A DNA stretch of 40,547 nucleotides, from the sequence record PQ464628.1, one strand, 5' to 3'. A program made the position numbers and the translations under genes. Source of the DNA: Escherichia phage MirsaeidiM_Esher2. Below, piece by piece: positions 35,701 through 40,547 of the stretch; position 1 is the stretch's first letter, and every line of letters starts with the position of its first letter. The notes under the pieces were generated by a model, which ran no database searches, was not told where the DNA came from, and was given only the letters and a program-made list of their open reading frames with translations.

Positions 35701-36653
35701 GACGTCAAGGCTTCCTGTCTGACATCGTGGAGCATAGCCTGACTGGTAGTAAGCGTAAGTTCGATGACCGCTGGCTTAAGACCGCTGGTATCTCTGACGA
35801 GCAGTGGAAGGGCATTAAGTCCCTCATCCGTGAGTCAGTGACTCGTGGTCCAGACGGGAAGTACACCATCAAGGATAAGAAGGCGTTCAGTCAGGACCCA
35901 AGGGCTATGGACCTGTGGCGTATGGGTGACACCATCGCTGATGAAACGTTACTCCGTCCTCATAAGCTGTCCAACATGGACGCCAAGGCTTATGGTCCTA
36001 TCGCTAAGACTGTCCTTCAGTTTAAGAACTTCGTCATCAAGTCCATCAATGGGCGAACCATGCGTACCTTCTATAACGCCACGAAGAACAACCGAGCGAT
36101 TGACGCTGCACTATCGACCGTGATGTCTATGGGTCTGGCTGGTATCTACTACATGGCTCAGGCGCACGTCAAGGCTTATGCTATGCAGGATGGTCGAGAC
36201 CGTGACTACCTTAAGCAAGCTCTGGACCCGACGATGATTGGTTATGCGGCTCTGTCCCGTAGTTCACATCTGGGTGGCCCACTTGGGGTAGCTAACATTC
36301 TAGGTGGCATCGCTGGGTATGAGGACACTAAGATGCTCCGTTCGTCTATCCTACCTCGTTCGCCTACAGAGAAGCCTGAACGTGCCATCACGTTTGGTGC
36401 AGCTACAAGTGACCCTGTGATGAATGTTGTTGGTAACTTCTTGGAGCAGGTTCCAGCTTTCGGATATGCTGCTAACGTTGGCGTTTCTGCTTACAACTTG
36501 GCTGGCTACCTGAAGGCCGACACTCGGGTAAACGAGCGAGACTACATGACCGGGATGTATAACACCTTCCGTGAACTGGTTCCGAACGACCCGATTACTC
36601 AGAAGTTGCTACTGGGAACGTTTGAGGAGCAAGGTATCCACATCAAGGACTAA
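32757..36653 (+). CDS. 16: internal core protein (T7 gp16 homolog) with divergent N-terminal domain
   Basis: 1298 aa; central/C-terminal regions colinear with recalled T7 gp16 (NPAMFG, GTYVPHVYS, EARNLFDSD, RVNGDIAIM, MDLWR, AALSRSS); N-terminal ~120 aa lack the T7 SLT motif. Confidence 0.95.
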   Translation: MATRGIRNNNIGNIRVSKDQWEGATGDDGSFVTFDSPESGVRALAKNLQSYGRQGYDSIEKIINRWAPPSENATQSYIDSVVAATGIPATQSIDLTNPDVLASLSEAIGYHETGSRYDHEVYKTGVSRALSGAGGITPKTPPVSANVFDALTEGLKAKPKVALGENLPTAAGLNIEGQAPEAPNESFGEMFYKSTGETMQEREDRSTWFGFGSATEAEVKNSMVGVAIRAGQTEDSLDVIGDVFNPTRWNNHKWTREELDQIRNAGVLPQYYGVITGGSPQNLTELINLALDNQKLDQEKAKAGTGAQLAAGVIGAGVDPLTYVPIAGQIGKGGKLVNKMFTVAAQSGALAGVSEMARTSVAGGDAHVAEAILGGALFGGGMTAIADGLGRALGRNTNEFAGPATRLEARETSRNVDGQDLSRLPIQEGEETFSHQGVKFADVPNEPGSVRLEDGSILIGENPLNPKTRQVFDEVIEPERAAAGVNLGGLTEIGLKLLRSENPEIRGVAADLVRSPTGMQSGASGKIGTTASDVFERLRAVDHRFYNDIDDAVTEALKDPYFQTAFWRDSGAFRQDIYQRVSMAIEDGSGNLKAELTPGELKVYDLLKNQFDAKREMMENPAMFGRPDAQSIFPGSRFKGTYVPHVYSNQMKELYIKELGSTEALQEAIKKSWLTSYASRPEVKKRVDEALLEADPTLTPEGLAAAVDKYANDKAYGISHTEQFERSSVMEENINGLVGLENNSFLEARNLFDSDMSIVLPNGQTFSVNNLREWDMDKIVPAYNRRVNGDIAIMAGTGKTTKDMKDLVETMMNKAGDDGKLKGEVSTLRDTLKILTGRSRRDGADDAAFATVMRTMTDLSFFAKNAYMGVQNLTEIGGMLARGNVRAMLHGVPIFRDLAFRNKKVGASEIKDLHNVIFGKELDDSIRPSKQDVIDRLRSYSDLGRGTATALGTAKYYTGELAVRSPFTKVLNGTTNYLLDAGRQGFLSDIVEHSLTGSKRKFDDRWLKTAGISDEQWKGIKSLIRESVTRGPDGKYTIKDKKAFSQDPRAMDLWRMGDTIADETLLRPHKLSNMDAKAYGPIAKTVLQFKNFVIKSINGRTMRTFYNATKNNRAIDAALSTVMSMGLAGIYYMAQAHVKAYAMQDGRDRDYLKQALDPTMIGYAALSRSSHLGGPLGVANILGGIAGYEDTKMLRSSILPRSPTEKPERAITFGAATSDPVMNVVGNFLEQVPAFGYAANVGVSAYNLAGYLKADTRVNERDYMTGMYNTFRELVPNDPITQKLLLGTFEEQGIHIKD

Positions 36654-36671
36654 ACTATCACTATAGGAAAC
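36649..36671 (+). promoter_or_regulatory. phage-RNAP promoter (ACTAAACTATCACTATAGGAAAC)
   Basis: Consensus; gp16 stop TAA lies inside it; upstream of tailspike gene. Confidence 0.8.
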
Positions 36672-36717
36672 TGGAGGCGCTACCATAGGTCTCCGTTTAA
36701 ATAACAAAGGAGGCATA

Positions 36718-39700
36718 ATGTCCACGATTACACAATTCCCTTCAGGAAACACTCAGTACAGGATTGAGTTCGACTACCTAGCCAGAACGTTTGTTGTTGT
36801 TACGCTGGTGAATAGCTCTAACCCTACCCTGAACCGTGTACTGGAAGTTGGTCGAGATTACCGATTCCTTAATCCAACGATGATTGAGATGTTGGTTGAC
36901 CAATCAGGTTTCGACATCGTTCGTATTCACCGTCAGACTGGAACTGACTTAGTGGTAGACTTCAGGAATGGCTCAGTGTTGACAGCTAGTGACCTGACAA
37001 ATTCAGAGCTTCAGGCTATCCATATTGCAGAAGAAGGTCGAGACCAAACGGTTGACTTAGCGAAGGAATATGCCGATGCTGCTGGTAGCTCTGCTGGCAA
37101 CGCTAAGGATAGCGAGGACGAAGCACGCCGAATCGCTGAGAGTATCAGGGCAGCTGGTCTAATTGGCTATATGACCCGTCGCTCCTTCGAGAAAGGCTAC
37201 AACGTTACAACATGGAGCGAGGTCCTTCTATGGGAAGAGGATGGTGATTATTACCGCTGGGATGGTACGCTTCCAAAGAACGTTCCTGCTGGTTCAACTC
37301 CTGAAACTTCCGGTGGGATTGGATTAGGTGCGTGGGTTAGTGTTGGTGATGCTGCTTTAAGAAGTCAGATTTCAAACCCGGAAGGGGCAATACTCTACCC
37401 TGAATTACATAGAGCACGCTGGCTTGATGAAAAAGATGTTCGTGGTTGGGGTGCTAAAGGGGATGGTGTCACTGATGATACAGCAGCGTTAACGAGCGCA
37501 TTAAACGACACACCGGTTGGACAAAAGATTAATGGCAATGGGGGAACATATAAGGTCACATCCCTGCCTGACATTAGTAGATTCGTCAATACTCGTTTTG
37601 TATATGAACGTATTCCAGGTCAGCCGCTTTATTATGTCTCTGAAGAATTTGTTCAAGGTGAACTGTTTAAAATAACGGACACCCCTTATTACAATGCGTG
37701 GCCACAGGATAAAGCGTTCGTTTACGATGATGTTATTTACTGCCCGTTCATGGCTGGTGATAGACATGGGGTCAGTCGTCTGCATGTATCATGGGTTAAG
37801 TCTGGTGATGACGGTCAAACATGGTCTACTCCAGAGTGGTTAACTGATCTGCATCCAGATTACCCTACAGTGAACTATCATTGTATGAGTATGGGTGTAT
37901 GTCGCAACCGTCTGTTTGCCATGATTGAAACACGTACTTTAGCCAATAACGCATTAACCAATTGTGCATTGTGGGATCGCCCCATGTCTCGTAGCCTGCA
38001 TCTTACTGGTGGTATCACTAAAGCTGCAAATCAGCGATATGCAACAATACATGTACCAGACCACGGACTATTCGTGGGTGATTTTGTTAACTTCTCTAAT
38101 TCTGCGGTAACAGGTGTATCCGGTGATATGAATGTTGCAACCGTAATAGATAAGGACAACTTCACGGTTCTTACACCCAACCAGCAGACTTCAGATTTGA
38201 ATAACGCTGGAAAGAATTGGCACATGGGTACTTCTTTCCATAAGTCTCCATGGCGTAAGACAGACCTTGGGCTAATCCCTCGTGTCACAGAGGTGCATAG
38301 CTTTGCTACTATTGATAACAATGGCTTTGTTATGGGTTATCATCAAGGCGATGTAGCCCCACGCGAAGTTGGGCTTTTCTACTTCCCTGATGCTTTCAAT
38401 AGCCCATCTAGTTATGTTCGTCGTCAGATACCATCTGAGTATGAACCAGATGCGTCAGAGCCATGCATCAAGTACTATGACGGTGTATTATACCTTATCA
38501 CTCGTGGCACTCGTGGGGATAGACTAGGTAGCTCTTTGCATCGTAGTAGAGACATAGGTCAGACTTGGGAGTCACTGAGATTTCCACATAATGTTCATCA
38601 TACTACATTACCTTTTGCTAAAGTAGGGGATGACCTTATTATGTTTGGTTCAGAACGTGCAGAAAATGAATGGGAAGCAGGTGCACCCGATGATCGTTAC
38701 AAGGCATCTTATCCTCGCACCTTCTATGCACGCTTGAATGTAAACAATTGGAATGCAGATGATATTGAATGGGTTAACATCACTGACCAGATTTATCAGG
38801 GCGGAATAGTTAACTCAGGTGTAGGTGTTGGTTCGGTAGTTGTGAAGGATAATTACATCTACTACATGTTTGGTGGAGAGGACCATTTTAACCCATGGAC
38901 ATATGGAGATAACTCAGCGAAGGATCCCTTCAAATCAGATGGTCATCCCTCAGATTTGTATTGCTACAAAATGAAGATTGGCCCAAGCAATCATGTTTCC
39001 CGTGATTTCAGGTATGGTGCTGTACCTAACAGAGCTGTTCCCGTGTTTTTTGATACGAATGGGATTCGCACTGTTCCTGCGCCAATGGAATTTACAGGGG
39101 ATTTGGGTTTAGGGCATGTGACCATTAGAGCCAGCACCAGTAGTAACATTCGCTCTGAAGTTTTAATGGAAGGTGAATATGGGTTTATCGGGAAATCTAT
39201 ACCGACTGATAACCCGGCAGGGCAGCGCACCATATTTTGCGGGGGTGAAGGCACCAGTTCAACGACTGGCGCACAGATTACGCTTTATGGTGCAAATAAC
39301 ACCGACTCAAGGCGAATAGTTTACAATGGTGCTGAGCATCTGTTCCAGAACGCTGACGTTAAGCCTTATCTCGATAACGTGATTGCGCTTGGTGGACCAA
39401 GTAACCGTTTCACAACTGCATATCTCGGAAGCAACCCTATTGTTACTTCTAATGGGGAGAAGAAAACAGAGCCGGTAGTTTTTGATGATGCTTTCCTAGA
39501 TGCCTGGGGTGACGTTCACTACATCATGTATCAATGGTTAGATGCTGTTCAACTGAAAGGCAATGATGCTCGTATTCACTTCGGGGTTATTGCTCAGCAA
39601 ATTCGTGATGTATTCATTGCACACGGTCTGATGGATGAAAACAGTACGAATTGTCGTTATGCCGTTCTGTGCTATGACAAGTATCCACGGTTGACCGATA

Positions 39701-39912
39701 CGGTATTTTCGCACAATGAAATCATTGAACACACTGACGAGGAGGGTAATGTCACTACTACGGAAGAGCCTGTATTCACTGAGGTGGTTATCCATGAAGA
39801 GGGTGAGGAGTGGGGTGTTCGGCCTGACGGAATTTTCTTTGCTGAAGCCGCTTATCAGAGAAGAAAACTGGAAAGAATCGAAGCCAGACTTTCTGCTCTT
39901 GAACAGAAGTAA
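36718..39912 (+). CDS. 17: tailspike: gp17-type N-terminal adaptor + endosialidase catalytic domain + C-terminal intramolecular chaperone domain
   Basis: 1064 aa; N-terminus EFDYLARTFVVVTL like T7 gp17; Asp-boxes SGDDGQTW (37801..37824) and SRDIGQTW (38545..38568); overall matches recalled K1F endosialidase; AT-richer than flanking genes. Confidence 0.93.
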   Translation: MSTITQFPSGNTQYRIEFDYLARTFVVVTLVNSSNPTLNRVLEVGRDYRFLNPTMIEMLVDQSGFDIVRIHRQTGTDLVVDFRNGSVLTASDLTNSELQAIHIAEEGRDQTVDLAKEYADAAGSSAGNAKDSEDEARRIAESIRAAGLIGYMTRRSFEKGYNVTTWSEVLLWEEDGDYYRWDGTLPKNVPAGSTPETSGGIGLGAWVSVGDAALRSQISNPEGAILYPELHRARWLDEKDVRGWGAKGDGVTDDTAALTSALNDTPVGQKINGNGGTYKVTSLPDISRFVNTRFVYERIPGQPLYYVSEEFVQGELFKITDTPYYNAWPQDKAFVYDDVIYCPFMAGDRHGVSRLHVSWVKSGDDGQTWSTPEWLTDLHPDYPTVNYHCMSMGVCRNRLFAMIETRTLANNALTNCALWDRPMSRSLHLTGGITKAANQRYATIHVPDHGLFVGDFVNFSNSAVTGVSGDMNVATVIDKDNFTVLTPNQQTSDLNNAGKNWHMGTSFHKSPWRKTDLGLIPRVTEVHSFATIDNNGFVMGYHQGDVAPREVGLFYFPDAFNSPSSYVRRQIPSEYEPDASEPCIKYYDGVLYLITRGTRGDRLGSSLHRSRDIGQTWESLRFPHNVHHTTLPFAKVGDDLIMFGSERAENEWEAGAPDDRYKASYPRTFYARLNVNNWNADDIEWVNITDQIYQGGIVNSGVGVGSVVVKDNYIYYMFGGEDHFNPWTYGDNSAKDPFKSDGHPSDLYCYKMKIGPSNHVSRDFRYGAVPNRAVPVFFDTNGIRTVPAPMEFTGDLGLGHVTIRASTSSNIRSEVLMEGEYGFIGKSIPTDNPAGQRTIFCGGEGTSSTTGAQITLYGANNTDSRRIVYNGAEHLFQNADVKPYLDNVIALGGPSNRFTTAYLGSNPIVTSNGEKKTEPVVFDDAFLDAWGDVHYIMYQWLDAVQLKGNDARIHFGVIAQQIRDVFIAHGLMDENSTNCRYAVLCYDKYPRLTDTVFSHNEIIEHTDEEGNVTTTEEPVFTEVVIHEEGEEWGVRPDGIFFAEAAYQRRKLERIEARLSALEQK

Positions 39913-40022
39913 TAAACAAAACCCTTTGCCATTAAGTTGTGGAGGTAGAGGATAACTACACGCTAACCAACGTATGGTAACAACTTTGGGTCACGGACGA
40001 CCCGCTTTAAACTGGAGGTTTT

Positions 40023-40217
40023 ATGATTGAGTTAGACTTCAAGAATGAGGTCCTTAAAGCCTCTCCTATCGTCGGGACCGCTGCGGCTGATGGTGCCAGT
40101 CGGTTCTTCTTCGGACTTACACTGAACGAATGGTTCTACGTTGCAGCTATAGCGTACACCGTTGTCCAGATTGGTGTGCTAGTCTACAAAACGATTAAAG
40201 GAGGTGGTAAAACATGA
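40023..40217 (+). CDS. 17.5: class II holin (T7 gp17.5 homolog)
   Basis: 64 aa; APIVGTAAADGASRFFFGLTLNEWFYVAAIAYTVVQIG matches recalled T7 holin; SD GGAGG. Confidence 0.85.
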   Translation: MIELDFKNEVLKASPIVGTAAADGASRFFFGLTLNEWFYVAAIAYTVVQIGVLVYKTIKGGGKT

Positions 40218-40477
40218 CGCAGATGGACTTAGAGAAGTTCCTCTTAATTCTGGATACTGAACGTGCTCGACTCATGCTGCAAGACCTGCGGGATGACACT
40301 AAGCGTTCACCTCAGCTTTACAACGCCATCGAGAAGCTACTGGCTCGTCACAACTTTGTGCTAAGCAAGGTGTCAGTTGACGAGAAGACGCTCGCTGATA
40401 TGGAGGCCCTGAACGCAGAGTATGATAAGGTGCTTTCAGCGACTGAGGATAATGACACAGGGTATGGTGTTCAATAA
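40214..40477 (+). CDS. 18: terminase small subunit / DNA maturation protein (T7 gp18 homolog)
   Basis: 87 aa; RSPQLYNAIEKLLARH matches recalled T7 gp18; ATG overlaps holin stop; SD AGGAGG. Confidence 0.85.
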   Translation: MTQMDLEKFLLILDTERARLMLQDLRDDTKRSPQLYNAIEKLLARHNFVLSKVSVDEKTLADMEALNAEYDKVLSATEDNDTGYGVQ

Positions 40478-40528
40478 GTGTTAGACTCAAGGTCATTACT
40501 ATATGTAGTGGCCTTTATGGTTAACACT
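40477..40528 (+). promoter_or_regulatory. RNase III-type hairpin candidate upstream of Rz (R18.5-like)
   Basis: Lower stem AGTGTTA 40477..40483 / TAACACT 40522..40528; upper stem AGGTCA 40490..40495 / TGGCCT 40509..40514; 13-nt loop. Confidence 0.5.
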
Positions 40529-40547
40529 AACTAGTGGAGGAGACTCT
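40493..40547. repeat. 55-nt duplicate of window positions 1..55 (circular assembly overlap)
   Basis: Exact identity read directly. Confidence 0.95.

Noticed and set aside
39913-40022. Terminator between tailspike and holin genes
   Set aside because: No GC-rich hairpin followed by a T-tract could be found by eye in this spacer

Overview
The window is an essentially complete, circularly permuted genome of a T7-like (Autographiviridae, T7 gene order) coliphage. Positions 1..55 are identical to 40493..40547, giving a unique unit of 40,492 bp. All supported genes are on the + strand. The window opens in the lysis/packaging module (Rz with embedded Rz1, terminase large subunit, gp19.5), runs through the right-end / candidate terminal repeat / left-end non-coding region (2752..3997) with CCTACAGT short-repeat arrays and sigma70 early promoters, then an early region (novel ORF, Ocr-like protein with a C-terminal extension, coupled small ORFs, no 0.7-type kinase), single-subunit RNA polymerase, DNA ligase, gp2, SSB, endonuclease I, amidase/lysozyme, HNH endonuclease, primase-helicase, DNA polymerase, exonuclease, portal, scaffold, capsid (with a conserved -1 frameshift site), tail tube, internal core proteins, a 1064-aa tailspike, holin and small terminase. 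The tailspike carries sialidase Asp-boxes and a C-terminal chaperone-like domain, and from memory matches the K1F-type endosialidase, implying a K1-encapsulated E. coli host. Eleven phage-RNAP promoters sharing the core AACTATCACTATAGG were found by eye, plus two terminators and a family of RNase III-type hairpins. Nothing here looks like a wholly new multi-gene system; the most unusual items are early-region and accessory ORFs that depart from T7, detailed in findings. Product calls rest on recalled similarity to T7 proteins and on motifs visible in the translations; no database search was run.
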